Below are positions 1-13,300 of a stretch of DNA of 64,000 bases, piece after piece. Origin of the DNA: Macrostomum lignano (taxonomy: Eukaryota); NCBI GenBank assembly GCA_002269645.1, contig NIVC01000029.1, positions 1,329,834 to 1,393,833 on the forward strand, in the 5' to 3' direction. Within the stretch, counting starts at the first letter, position 1; every line of letters begins with the position of its first letter. The translations under genes were made by a program, and so were the position numbers. The notes under the pieces were generated by a model. The model ran no database searches and was not told the origin of the DNA. It saw only the letters and a program-made list of their open reading frames with translations.

Positions 1-7
1 ACCGCAG

Positions 8-456
8 CGTTTCTTAGAAAATGTTAAGGAGGCTGGTTTTCGCGGAAAAATACACTACGGAGAGAGAAAGTTTTCATTTTTCAGCACAAAAATTGTTATT
101 GCTTTTGATACGAGCGTAGGAGGCAGACCCAATGGTCATCTTTTGATATGCTGTGCCTTCCTTATGGCTTCCTTATGGAACCAAAGATTCGAGCTGTGCC
201 ATGCATTTTTATGATTTTAACGCACAGGAAATGTACTGAGAATAAAAAAATTTAGTCAGAATCCTAACTTTCCAAAAGAAAGGCTTCATGAATATCAATA
301 GAGCCATAAGAAAGGCACAACATATCAAAATATGAACAATGGGTCTGCCTCCTATCGAAAGCAATAACAGTTTTAATATGAAAAACATGAAAGCTTCCTA
401 TCTCCGTAGTGTATTTTTCCGCGAAAACCAGCCTCCTTAACATTTTCGAAGAAACG
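8..456. mobile_element. Foldback/MITE-like non-autonomous DNA element with ~160-bp inverted arms
   Basis: 8-63 (CGTTTCTTAGAAAATGTTAAGGAGGCTGGTTTTCGCGGAAAAATACACTACGGAGA) is the reverse complement of 401-456 with one mismatch. The inverted similarity continues inward (about 117-169 vs 302-353). No coding capacity; lies upstream of the LRRC73-like exon, probably in an intron. Confidence 0.8.
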
Positions 457-549
457 AGGTTTCGCGTCCTTCTGCTTGACGTTTACCCGACGTTATAATG
501 TCGTTGTCCGCTACCCTGATGACCAGGTACTTGCCTACTGTCATTGCAG

Positions 550-963
550 ATTGACCTGGGAAACACCGGCATGACAGACCAAGGCCTTCAACAGGTGGCC
601 GGTCTACTGGCCGAGAATCCACCACTGGCCGGACTTGAACTCACCGGCAGTCGGGGCCTGTCCGAATCTGCGTGGGCCAATTTGGGCAAATCGCTGCGAG
701 GCAACACAAAACTCGAATCCATGATGCTGGACTATTGCGACCTGACCGACTCGAGCTTGGCTGCTCTGCTAGACGGTCTGGGCTCGAATCTGAGCCTAAT
801 TAGCATCGACCTAGAGGGCAACCGGCTGTCGGACCGAGCCTGCGACCTCATCGCTGACAGTGCCGTCCGAAATGGCCTGAGAAGCGTCAGCTTAGAGATG
901 AACGGCGGCATCAGCGACCGGCGCAAGGAGGCGCTTGAGGTGCAACTGTCTGAGAAGAATTGA
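550..963 (+). CDS. LRRC73: Terminal coding exon of an RNI-like leucine-rich-repeat protein, LRRC73-like (5' exons outside the window)
   Basis: Acceptor TTGCAG|ATT at 549/550, open to TGA at 961-963. The motifs IDLGNTGMTD, MLDYCDLTD, IDLEGNRLSD and LRSVSLEMN line up in order with the C-terminal LRRs of LRRC73 as I recall them (LDLGDCMLGD, LNLDYNPLGD, LDLEGTGLTN, LRSLVLAEN). Orthology not computed. Confidence 0.75.
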   Translation: MDLGNTGMTDQGLQQVAGLLAENPPLAGLELTGSRGLSESAWANLGKSLRGNTKLESMMLDYCDLTDSSLAALLDGLGSNLSLISIDLEGNRLSDRACDLIADSAVRNGLRSVSLEMNGGISDRRKEALEVQLSEKN

Positions 964-2360
964 AACTATGGAACTGGGCAATTATTGATATGTACAAGAC
1001 AATTCGAAGACAAATTAATCCAACTTATTTGTTTCTGTAAGTATGATTATTTAGTCTAGTTTTCTTTTTTATTTGACCCTGTTTTAATTAGAATGTTTTC
1101 TGGGTTTATTTTAACAAATATTGGTCAGATTTAAAATGGGATGGAAGCGGTCGATGCGTGTATAAATTTTAACACGTAAGCGTAATGAGCGTAATTAACT
1201 GAGATTTGGGTGTTTTGAATTAGTAAAAGCCCTTGATTTCACTTGAATATTTGCAAACAAAAAATTATTCTTATTGGCAAATTTATACGAAAAAATACTA
1301 CACAGAGGCCTTAAGTAAGCAGTAGTATCATTATTTATTTATTGGCCTGTTCATTTTGAGGCCAATGGAAGTGGCTTTAAGTTCGCTGAAGTTCCTGCGT
1401 TTAAATTGCTCTTCCTCAAACTGAGAGCACTGCAGTTCTCGAATATTTTTTCTCCTATCATTTCCAATTTTTTCTAAAGGGTTTTCTGGATTTTCCCGTT
1501 AACCAACTCGCTAGTTAAGAAGCTATACTTTTGCAGACGATCAATACTTATTGACTTTTTTAGTGAAGAATGGTATCGACTAAAACCACTGAACTTGTTT
1601 CGTCTGAAAATCTTTAACATTTTCTATATTTATAAAATACTCGTTCATGTTTATTTCTGCTTTGATGTGTATGGCCCTCCGTGTAGACATCCTTCTTGTG
1701 GCGTGTCTTAATCAATTAATTATTCTATATTTATTTGCCATTTTATTGGTCTGAAGAACCACCTATAAGTAAAAACTTTTTTATCTTATTACCAGACCGA
1801 CCGAAATATGGCAAAACAGAACTTACTCCCGGCTCTGGTCCTGACTTTATTTTGTTCACTTCTGGCGATTATTTTTCACAAAAAAAGATATTCAATATAC
1901 CGTGATAATCGCACAAATTTAATACTGTGCCATGCATGCATATTAACAAACAGTTACAGAATAACAAAAATATACTGACACAAAAATCTACGCCCAAGCA
2001 GGCTGATGTCTTTTATAATCTTCTTGGCTGGTTAAAAAGGAAACAATTTTCTTTTCATATTTTTAAGAGGCACAGTGTGCGTCTGCAAAATCGTTGTTTT
2101 TTATCTACGAGCGTATTGAGCTTAAGACTTGTTAATTTCTGCTTTTTGAACCTATAGGTTGTGACACATCAACTTTAATTTTGGCATCCTGAATTCGGAC
2201 CAAGCTCATTTTTTTCATTCAAATTATCAATAATTTAATCAATTTTGAGATTCTTGGGTTTTTTAGAGCTATAACACAATTATCAACTTTGAGTAGTCTG
2301 TCAACAACAATTTCTGCAGTTCAGAGAGACTCAGCAGTGTAAAGGGTAAAGGGTACACAT

Positions 2361-3942
2361 CAGGGGGGTCGCCATGGATTTTATGGTGGGGGACAAAGCC
2401 AAGAATTTTACATGTACATATGTACAGGAAGAAATTCTTACATATCCTTTATTTTCAGAATCCCGCAGGCAGTCATTTTAGCACCGGAGGCACTCATTTT
2501 AGCGCCGCAGGTACTCATTTTAGCGCCGCAGGTACTCATTTTAGCGCCGGAGGCACTCATCTTAGCGCCGGAGGTACTCATTTTAGCGCCGCAGGTACTC
2601 ATTTTAGCGCCGCAGGCACTCATTTTAGCGCCGGAGGTACTCATTTTAGCGCCGCAGGTACTCATTTTAGTGCCGCAGGCACTCATTTTAGCGCCACAGG
2701 GCACTCATTTTAGCGCCGCAGGCACTCATTTTAGCACCGCAGGTACTCATTTTAGCGCCACAGGGCACTCATTTTAGCACCGCAGGCACTCATTTTAGCG
2801 CCACAGGGCACTCATTTTAGCGCCGCAGGCACTCATTTTAGCACCGCAGGCACTCATTTTAGCGCCGCAGGCACTCATTTTAGCACCGCAGGTACTCATT
2901 TTAGCGCCACAGGGCACTCATTTTAGCGCCGCAGGCACTCATTTTAGCGCTGCAGGCACTCATTTTAGCGCCGCAGGCACTCATTTTAGCGCCGCAGGTA
3001 CTCATTTTAGCGCCGCAGGCAGTCATTTTAGCACCGCAGGCACTCATTTTAGCGCCACAGGAACTCATTTTAGAGCTGCAGGCACTCATTTTAGAGCTGC
3101 AGGCACTCATTTTAGCGCCGCAGGCACTCATTTTAGCGCTGCAGGCACTCATTTTAGCGCCGCAGGCACTCATTTTAGCGCCGCAGGTACTCATTTTAGC
3201 GCCGCAGGCAGTCATTTTAGCACCGCAGGCACTCATTTTAGCGCCACAGGAACTCATTTTAGAGCTGCAGGCACTCATTTTAGAGCTGCAGGCACTCATT
3301 TTAGCGCCGCAGGCAGTCATTTTAGCACCGCAGGCACTCATTTTAGCACCGCAGGCACTCATTTTAGCGCCACAGGAACTCATTTTAGAGCTGCAGGCAC
3401 TCATTTTAGCGCCGCAGGCACTCATTTTAGCGCCGCAGGTACTCATTTTAGCGCCGCAGGCAGTCATTTTAGCACCGCAGGCACTCATTTTAGCGCCACA
3501 GGAACTCATTTTAGAGCTGCAGGCACTCATTTTAGAGCTGCAGGCACTCATTTTAGCGCCACAGGAACTCATTTTAGAGCTGCAGGCACTCATTTTAGAG
3601 CTGCAGGCACTCATTTTAGCGCCGCAGGCACTCATTTTAGCGCCGCAGGCACTCATTTTAGCACCGCAGGCACTCATTTTAGCACCGCAGGCACTCATTT
3701 TAGCACCGCAGGCACTCATTTTAGCGCCACAGGAACTCATTTTAGAGCTGCAGGCACTCATTTTAGCGCCACAGGGCACTCATTTTAGTGCTGTATTTTG
3801 TTGCCCTGAAGCAAAATTATTGAATTCTTGACTTTATTCACGAGGTGAGGCGGGGGGGGGGGGGGGCAAAGCATCGTAAAATCCCCTCCTAGATTTTACT
3901 GGGGGGTGGACATGCCCCCCTCCCCCGGTGGCGACGCCCCTG
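2361..3942. mobile_element. Non-autonomous DNA transposon (hAT-like, 8-bp TSD type) carrying a 21-bp minisatellite
   Basis: 14-bp terminal inverted repeats CAGGGGGGTCGCCA (2361-2374) and TGGCGACGCCCCTG (3929-3942), one mismatch. The 8-bp flanks GTACACAT and GTAGAGAT are 6/8 identical. Subterminal G and C runs. Confidence 0.65.
2463..3790. repeat. 21-bp minisatellite (GCACTCATTTTAGCGCCGCAG)n
   Basis: About 60 tandem units are directly visible; source of the spurious GAKMSAC and GTHFSAA ORFs. Confidence 0.95.
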
Positions 3943-4662
3943 GTAGAGATGTTAGTAGCTTATTTGATTTTAAATCTCTCCATCTGTTAAATATTTGTGT
4001 GTTTGCACCAAGAATGCTAACAAGCCCCAGATGATTGACTCGCCTTAAATAAAGAAAGTGCATATTGCCCTTATTACGAAAATTACTATCCTCTAATATA
4101 CTAGATAGGCATCGCCCCAATGCAGCTGAGTACACTACAACCAGTTAATAATAATACATCACCATGGAGCAGTTGATGAGTAAACACACAATCCTTGACT
4201 ATATGGTCTTCTACAAATAGTGCTCTTCAATCATCCCTTGACTTCCCATTCTCTCCCAGCTTTTTCGTCCGCTTACGCCTGCGGCCTGTCAAGTCCAATA
4301 AGCCAACTATAAATAGCAACCAAAATCACGGACAGACTGTGAGAGGTCGAAAAAATGCTTGGGAATTATTTTACATTTGCCTTATATAAACACAGTTAGG
4401 CGGAACTGCCGAAGTTCCGCTCAGATTCTTGGCACAATTGTTGGAGATCGGCAGGTCTCTATAGCGAGAATTATGCCCAATATCTGTTTCTAAATATAGA
4501 ATATTTTAGTGCTTGAGTATAGACTGAATTGATTCAGCGCCTCTACGGTATATTGATGATTTGAAAAGAGTATAATATAAAGCTTGATTAAGGAAGCTTA
4601 TGACATTATGATTTACATTCAAAAGGAAAAAACATCTTTTGCACATTTTATATATTTTACCC

Positions 4663-6375
4663 TCAGATCTACCTCGCTGTATCTAATCTACCTCTCTCCC
4701 TCTGATCTACCTCTCTCCCACTGATCTACCTCTCTCTGATCTACCTCTCTCCCTCTGATCTACCTCTCTCCCACTGATCTACCTCTCTCCCACTGATCTA
4801 CCTCTCTCCCACTGATCTACCTCTCTCCCTCTGATCTACCTCTGATCTACCTCTCTCCCACTGATCTACCTCTCTCCCTCTGATCTACCTCTCTCCCACT
4901 GATCTACCTCTTTCCTACTGATCTACCTCTTTCCTCTGATCTACTTCTCTCTGATCTACCTCTCTCCCTCTGATCTACCTCTCTCCCTCTGATCTACCTC
5001 TCTCCCACTGATCCACCTCTCTCCCACTGATCTACCTCTCTGCCTCTCTGATCTACCTCTCTCCCTCTGATCTACCTCTCTCCCACTGATCTACCTCTCT
5101 CCCTCTGATCTACCTCTCTGCCTCTCTGATTTACCTCTCTCCCTCTGATCTACCTTTCTTCCTCTGATCTACCTCTCTCCCACTGATCTACCTCTCTGTC
5201 TCCCTGATCTACCTCTCTGCCTCTCTGATTTACCTCTCTCCCACTGATCTACCTCTCTGTCTCCCTGATCTACCTCTCTCCCACTGATCTACCTCTCTGT
5301 CTCTCTGATCTACCTATCTGTCTCTCTGATCTATCTCTCTCCCACTGATCTACCTCCCTCCCTCTGATCTACCTCTCTCCCACTGATCTACCTCTCTGTC
5401 TCCCTGATCTACCTCTCTCCCACTGGCCTACCTCTCTGTCTCTCTGATCTACCTCTCTCCCACTGATCTACCTCTGTCCCACTGATCTACCTCTCTCCCT
5501 CTGATCTACCTCTCTGCCTCTCTGATTTACCTCTCTCCCTCTGATCTACCTCTCTCCCTCTGATCTACCCCTCTCCCACTGATCTACCTCTCTGTCTCCC
5601 TGATCTACCTCTCTCCCACTGATCTACCTCTCTGTCTCTCTGATCTACCTCTCTCCCACTGATCTACCTCTCTCCCACTGATCTACCTCTGTCCCACTGA
5701 TCTACCTCTCTGTCTCCCTTATCTACCTCTCCCACTGATCTACCTCTCTGTCTCCCTGATCTACCTCTCTCCCACTGATCTACCTCTCTCCCTCTGATCT
5801 ACCTCTCTGCCTCTCTGATTTACCTCTCTCCCTCTGATCTACCTCTCTCCCTCTGATCTACCTCTCTCCCACTGATCTACCTCTCTGTCTCCCTGATCTA
5901 CCTCTCTCCCACTGATCTACCTCTGTCCCACTGATCTACCTCTCTCCCTCTGATCTACCTCTCTCCCACTGATCTACCTCTCTCTCTCTGATCTACCTCT
6001 CTGCCTCTCTGATTTACCTCTCTCCCTCTGATCTACCTCTCTCCCACTGATCTACCTCTCTCTCTCTGATCTACCTCTCTGCCTCTCTGATTTACCTCTC
6101 TCCCTCTGATCTACCTCTCTCCCACTGATCTACCTCTCTGTCTCCCTGATCTACCTCTCTCCCACTGATCTACCCTCTAATCTACCTCTCTTCCTCTAGC
6201 CTACATGTACCTCTACTCCCCTTTAGCGTACCTCTACCCCTCGACTCAAACTCTCTCACTATATCCTACCTCTCTCACTCTACACTACGGCTCTCCCTCT
6301 ACCCTACCTCTCTCACTCTACCCTACCTCTCTTTCTCTACACTACCTCTCTCAGTCTCTCTACCTCTATTCCTCT
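4663..6375. repeat. CT-rich 19-21-bp minisatellite (GATCTACCTCTCTCCCACT)n, degenerating after ~6190
   Basis: Tandem units directly visible. Confidence 0.93.
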
Positions 6376-7009
6376 AGCCTGCCTCTTTCTTCTCACACCC
6401 ACAACTCTCTCTTACTAATTAATTTAGTACATCCGCAATGTTTCGTTCATATCCCTCACTTGCTTTCCCTTGCCCTCCACTGCCTTTGCCTCGGGCACTC
6501 TTTCTATTCTCCATGCTTATTGCCCAAAATGATAAAGCTGTAGGCCCAGCCGCTTGTTTTAATTAGTCTAACAGCTGTCCCACACGAGACAGTCGCAGAC
6601 GCCCAACCATAGGCCCCAGGAAGATGCTTGAAGCAGAATGGAGGCGATTTCAGGCAGAAAAGCAGGAGAAAAACAGAGAATTCAGCTGTTCAAAGACGGA
6701 TGGATCTATACAGAAAAGTCAATTGAATCGCGAGAGCAGAAAGCCAAAGGCATGAATTGAAAAAAAAAACACGGAACATTGCTGAGGCCGAAATATCAGG
6801 CAGCCTTGAAGTAAATATTATGGCTAGTCACGTTTCTAAAAGAGAGTTATTCTCAGAAATCGAAAGTCTCCAATAACAATTGAAAAAAACCTGCCTAATA
6901 TATATTTTTCACTCTGATTTCAGCACCCTGGGACAGGATGGCAGAGTCACTAAAAGCAACTAGAGTTGCGGCTAAACTATAGAAAACTAACGGAAACATG
7001 TAGGTTTAG

Positions 7010-9255
7010 ATGTAGGGTAGAGAGAAGAGAGGGAGAGTGAGAGAGGTAGGGTACAGGGAGAGAGGTAGGGTAGAGGGAGAGAGGTAGGCTAGAGGGAGAG
7101 AGGTAGGCTAGAGGGAGAGAGGTAGGCTAGAGGGAGAGAGGTAGGCTAGAGGGAGAGAGGTAGGCTAGAGGGAGAGAGGTAGGCTAGAGGGAGAGAGGTA
7201 GGCTAGAGGGAGAGAGGTAGGCTAGAGGGAGAGAGGTAGGCTAAAGGGAGAGAGGTAGGCTAGAGGGAGAGAGGTAGGCTAGAAGGAGAGAGGTAGGCTA
7301 GAGGGAGAGAGGTAGGCTAAAGGGAAAGAGGCTAGAAGGAGAGAGGTAGGCTAGAAGGAGAGAGGTGGGGTAGAGGGAGAGAGGTAGGGTAGAGGGAGAG
7401 AGGGAGGCTAGAAGGAGAGAGGTAGGCTAGAGGGAGAGAGGTAGGGTAGAGGGAGAGAGGTAGGCTAGAGGGAGAGAGGTAGGCTAGAGGGAGAGAGGTA
7501 GGCTAGAGGGAGAGAGGTAGGCTAGAGGGAGAGAGGGAGGCTAGAAGGAGAGAGGTAGGGTAGAGGGAGAGAGGTAGGCTAGAGGGAGAGAGGTAGGCAA
7601 GAGGGAGAGAGGTAGGGTAGAGGGAAAGAGGCGAGAAGGAGAGAGGTAGGCCAAAGGGAAAGAGGCGAGAGGGAGAGAGGTAGCCTAAGATAGAGAGAGG
7701 TAGGCTAGAAGGAGAGAGGTAGGCTAGAGGGAGAGAGGTAGGCTAGAAGGAGAGAGGTAGGCTAGAGGGAGAGAGGTAGGCTAAAGGGAAAGAGGCTAGA
7801 AGGAGAGAGGTAGGCTAGAAGGAGAGAGGTGGGGTAGAGGGAGAGAGGTAGGGTAGAGGGAGAGAGGGAGGCTAGAAGGAGAGAGGTAGGCTAGAGGGAG
7901 AGAGGTAGGGTAGAGGGAGAGAGGTAGGCTAGAGGGAGAGAGGTAGGCTAGAGGGAGAGAGGTAGGCTAGAGGGAGAGAGGTAGGCTAGAGGGAGAGAGG
8001 GAGGCTAGAAGGAGAGAGGTAGGGTAGAGGGAGAGAGGTAGGCTAGAGGGAGAGAGGTAGGCAAGAGGGAGAGAGGTAGGGTAGAGGGAAAGAGGCGAGA
8101 AGGAGAGAGGTAGGCCAAAGGGAAAGAGGCGAGAGGGAGAGAGGTAGCCTAAGATAGAGAGAGGTAGGCTAGAAGGAGAGAGGTAGGCTAAAGGGAAGAG
8201 GCTAGAAGGAGAGAGGTAGGCTAAAGGGAAAGAGGCGAGAGGGAGAGAGGTAGGCTAAAGGGAAAGAGGCGAGAAGGAGAGAGGTAGGCCAAAGGGAAAG
8301 AGGCGAGAGGGAGAGAGGTAGCCTAAGATAGAGAGAGGTAGGCTAGAAGGAGAGAGGTAGGCTAAAGGGAAAGAGGCTAGAAGGAGAGAGGTAGGCTAAA
8401 GGGAAAGAGGCGAGAGGGAGAGAGGTAGGCTAAAGGGAAAGAGGCGAGAGGGAGAGAGGTAGGCTAAAGGGAAAGAGGCGAGAGGGAGAGAGGTAGGCTA
8501 AAGGGAAAGAGGCGAGAGGGAGAGAGGTAGGCTAAAGGGAAAGAGGCGAGAGGGAGAGAGGTAGGCTAAAGGGAAAGAGGCGAGAGGGAGAGAGGTAGGC
8601 TAAAGGGAAAGAGGCTAGAGGGAGAGAGGTAGGCTCGAGGGAAAGAGGCTAGAGGGAGAGAGGTAGGCTAGAGGGAGAGAGGTAGGCTAAAGGGAAAGAG
8701 GCTAGAGGGAGAGAGGAAGGCTAGAGGGAGAGAGGTAGGCTAAAGGGAAAGAGGCGAGAGGGAGAGAGGTAGGCTAAAGAGAAAGAGGCGAGAGGGAGAG
8801 AGGTAGGCTAGAGGGAAAGAGGCTAGAGGGAGAGAGGTAGGCTAGAGGGAGAGAGGTAGGCTAGAGGGAGAGAGGTAGGCTAGAAGGAGAGAGGTAGGCT
8901 AGAAGGAGAGAGGTAGGCTAGAGGGAGAGAGGTAGGCTAGAAGGAGAGAGGTAGGCTAGAGGGAGAGAGGTAGGCTAGAAGGAGAGAGGTAGGCGAGAGG
9001 GAGAGAGGTAGGCTAAAGGGAAAGAGGCTAGAGGGAGAGAGGAAGGCTAGAGGGAGAGAGGTAGGCTAAAGGGAAAGAGGCGAGAGGGAGAGAGGTAGGC
9101 TAAAGGGAAAGAGGCGAGAGGGAGAGAGGTAGGCTAAAGGGAAAGAGGCGAGAGGGAGAGAGGTAGGCTAAAGGGAAAGAGGCTAGAGGGAGAGAGGAAG
9201 GCTAGAGGGAGAGAGGCGAGAGGGAGAGAGGTAGCCTAAGATAGAGAGAGGTAGA
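7010..9255. repeat. GA-rich 19-bp minisatellite (AGAGGGAGAGAGGTAGGCT)n with 32-bp variant units
   Basis: Tandem units directly visible; the reverse complement shares the core CTACCTCTCTCCCTCT with the 4663-6375 array. Confidence 0.93.
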
Positions 9256-9934
9256 GTTTTTGTCTGGCCCGGTGAATTCCAGCGGACTGTAAGAGGCTGA
9301 GCTCCCTAATTTCACATACAGAATGACGGCAAAGCTAGATGGTCATTTGACAGACTCTCCTAATTTTCTATGCCTGCCGGTTAGCAACAGTGAATATAAA
9401 AAATACAGCAGCGCCCACAGCCAGCTTAACTATAAGAGAGTTAGAGGATAAAGTTCCACGCCAAACAGGATTCCGCGCTAGCATACTTTAGCGCCAGTCT
9501 ATCTCGCTCTTCTCTCATCTACACAGGCTATACACACAGGATGGCATGCGGGAGGCGAGGACCCTCCCTGTCTCTCCCTAAGCTGGGTGGTGGACAAAGG
9601 CTACTTGCTTGCGTGGTGAAGCTAGCCAACCCCGGCAGGAGGGTGATGGGGAGGCGAAGGCTTTGCACTTCAAACTCCCTCAACCTCTTGCCGCAGCTCC
9701 GCTCCCTCTTTCTCCCTGAACTATTTTTACATCAATATAAGCCTTCGCTGATAGCCCCAAGCAAAGGAGATTTGGCTGGAGACAGACTCACAGAAGGGAA
9801 CGGCTGTGTGAGGCTTACTTAGCCAGGAGACTTGAAAAAACTCTGAAACTCTGCTTTTGCAACTGGTCGATTGAAAGGCGAGTAATATATAAATACTTTG
9901 CTGTCTACAAGTGTTTGCTTATTAAAACTTTACT

Positions 9935-10350
9935 CACTGACCCATCATCTAAGCTCCTTGACCCACTGACCCATCACCCGAGCTCCTTGACCAACTGACC
10001 CATCACCCAAGCTCCTTGACCAACTGACCCATCACTTGAGCTCCTTGACCCACTGACTTATCACCTAAGCTCCTTGATCCACTGACCCATCACCCGAGCT
10101 CCTTGACCAACTGACCCATCACTTGAGCTCCTTGACCCACTGACTCATCACCCGAGCTCTTTGACCCACTGACTCATCACCCAAGCTCCTTGACCAACTG
10201 ACCCATCACTTGAGCTCCTTGACCCACTGACTCATCACCCGAGCTCTTTGACCCACTGACTCATCACCCAAGCTCCTTGACCCACTGACCCATCACTTGA
10301 GCTCCTTGACCCACTGACTCATAACCCGAGCTCCTTGACCCACTGACCCA
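9935..10350. repeat. 29-bp minisatellite (GCTCCTTGACCCACTGACCCATCACCCGA)n
   Basis: About 14 tandem units ending immediately before the putative innexin ATG at 10351. Confidence 0.92.
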
Positions 10351-13300
10351 ATGCCGCCAGCTTCTCCCGTCGCGCAGATCGCCATGCCGAGCTGGCCGGG
10401 TCAGGGCACAGCCGAGGACTGGTTCGACCGAGCATGCTGGCTGGGTTCGGCTGCTCTGTTCAGCCTGTTTGCCATGTACTCCTCGGCCGTGATGCACTGG
10501 AGTTCGCTGCCGTCGCCACTACGCTGCCTGGCGCCCAAGGAGTTCAACCACGCCTGGCTTGAGCACGCCGAGACCTTCTGCTGGGAGGCTCCGCTGCTGT
10601 ACGAAGAGGTTAACAAGACCTCACAGGGGCCGTACGGACAGGGAGTGCCGGTGAAAAGTGAGTTTTCTTTAACAGATAGCACTCTTCCCTACTTCTGAGA
10701 TTCAGCATCCCTAGTTGTGAAATTGAAGAGAAGGCCCATTTCTGAGATTCAAGACCACATTTATGAGATTCAGGACCACATTTCTGAGATTCAGGACCAC
10801 ATTTCTGAGATTCAGGACCACATTTCTGAGATTCAGGACCACATTTATGAGATTCAGGACCACATTTCTGAGATTCAGGACCACATTTCTGAGATTCAGG
10901 ACCACATTTCTGAGATTCAGGACCTCATTCCTGTGATTCAGGACCCCAGTTCTGAGATTAAGGACCACATTTCTGAGATTCAGGACCTCATTCCTGTGAT
11001 TCAGGATCCAGTTCTGAGATTTAGAACCCTGTTTCTGCGATTCGTGGCCCAATTTTCTGAGATTCAGGACCCCAGTTCTGAGATTCAGGACCCCATTCCT
11101 GAGATTCAGGATCCAGTTCTGAGATTTAGAACCCTGTTTCTGCGATTCATGGCCCAATTTTCTGAGATTCAGGACCCCAGTTCTGAGATTCAGGACCCTA
11201 TTTAAGAGATTCGGGACCCGATTTATGAGATTCAGGACCCCAGTTCCGAGATTCAGGACCCCAGTTCTGAGATTCAGGACCCTATTTAAGAGATTCGGGA
11301 CCCGATTTATGAGATTCAGGACCCCAGTTCCGAGATTCAGGACCCCATTATTGAGATTCAGGACCTTATTTATGAAATTTAGGACCTACTTTCTGAGATT
11401 CAGGCCACCATTTATAAGATGAAGGATATCATTTTTTTGAGATTGAGAACCCCATTTCTGAGAGTTAGAACCCAATTTTTTAGATTCTGGCTACTATTAT
11501 TGAGATAAAGGATATCTTTTTGAGATTTAGGACTCAAATTTGAGATTCAGGACCCAGTTTTTGAGATTCAGGACCCTATTTATAAGATTCAGGACCCGAT
11601 TTTTGAGATTCAGAACTTTATTTATGAGATTCAGGGCCCCGATGGAAAAATTCATAAAAATTCTATATTGCGATATTCAAAATCACCATCAGACCAGATG
11701 ATAGGGAACAAGCTGCAGTATCCCACAGGACAGCTGTGCAGGCTCATTACAAAACTTTTCAAAACAACTTTTAGCCTCGGGGAGCAAAATTACAGATCAT
11801 GAGTCTGCCCCTTCCACCAGGGGTCCGTCATTAGCCAGACTTTACTAGATCAATTGCTCGACTAGGACCGTAGAACAACTTGACTAATTAACCAAGGAAA
11901 ACGAATTCGAACAATGAAAGACTAGATATATTGGACCGCAAGACTTGGCTAGTAAAAAACAGTAGATGTAGGATCATTTCTGACTTACAGGGTTGCTGGG
12001 GGGGGGGGTTTACAATTAATCCGAGTTACTATGGCTGATTTAAAGACTTTTTACAGTCGCGTAGTCAACTATAGGAAGTGATTAAATTTCTGATCGAAGG
12101 CGGGTTTGGTCTCAGTTCGTAGGGAGTAAGTGCCAGGTTAGTTAAAGAGGCGGAAAGGGTTTTGGTTAGAGGGACAAAAAGGAAAATTTGATTGAAGAGT
12201 CTTAGGGAAGGATATCAAGAGGTGTGATAAGGGCAGAGGTTCAAAAGAGGAAGAGGTAGGATAGCGGGTGAGTTAGAGGAGTTGAAGGTAGGGTATAGGG
12301 AGAGAGGTAGAGTAGAGGGAGAGAGGTAGGGTATAGGAAGAGAGGTACATACAGCGAGAGAGGTAGGTAGAAAAGAGAAATGTAAGGTAGAGGGAGAGAG
12401 GTATGGTAGAGGGAGAGGTATACGGAGAGAGGTATACGGAGAGAGGTAGGGTAGAAGAAGAAAGGTAGGGTTTGAGGTAGAGAGTTGGGGTAGGGCGAGA
12501 GAGGTAGGGTAGAGTAAGAGAGGTAGGGTAGAAGTTATAGAAGACTGAAGGGTAGTGCAGAGGGTACAAGGGCAAAGAGACAGGATAGAGGATTAACTAA
12601 AGCTTGACAGAAGAGATTTCAGTATCCTATTTCTAGTAATCTGCTGTCAGAATGTTTTAAGCACAGATTTAGAAGCCCGTGTGCAACGACAGGACTAGAG
12701 TCAACTTAGCCGCAAATCGCATATGCTCAACGCATAAAAGTACAAAACCTTGTCCCATGCGTCTTTTTTCATCGCGGTTTCAGGATCCCAAAAAGTGTTA
12801 AATTTAGAAATTTCGGCTCAACCATCCCGCCCACGACTCTTCCCTGCCTGTGTGCCACCCCCTTCCCATTCTCCCTAGTGTAACTCCCTAAGCCAACAAT
12901 TTTTCATCAATTTTCTAGCCAGCCAAGGAACATCCGGACAAGCGCTCGGAAAGCTCTGATGGAGAAGAGAAGCTGAATATTCTATGAGCGTGTTGCCCCT
13001 TGCTTGCAGGCCAAGCTTTGAGAGAAAATTGCATTTTGGCTACAAGAGCCGAATGGCACTAAGTAGACGAAGTGTACCGTCAACCCCAGCAGATGATTGC
13101 CTTGAAGCCTTCTATCTCAGTATTGGGGACTTGTAGGATTCTATAAATAGATTTTTGTTTTATATCAATATGGATAGGTAGGCGCGATGCTAATGGTCTG
13201 GTGAAGTGGAACTAAGTTTTCGGTGTATAGTGGCGAAGACTGGATGATGACATCGTAACACAACCAGCAGCGCTGAGGCAATTCTGTCCTTTCCGCTGAC

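Noticed and set aside
1808-1978. 56-aa ORF with a hydrophobic N-terminus (MAKQNLLPALVLTLFCSLLAIIF)
   Set aside because: Short, in AT-rich sequence, with no homology or splice support; compatible with chance.
2412-3779. ORFs with GAKMSAC, GTHFSAA or ILAPQ repeats (similar cases at 10711-11422, 57920-58419, 58985-59617, 60069-61519)
   Set aside because: Stop-free frames of minisatellites whose unit length is a multiple of three, or that lack stop codons.
6600-6890. Short Glu/Lys-rich reading frames between the inverted arrays
   Set aside because: Under 50 aa, interrupted by stops, and no recognisable family.
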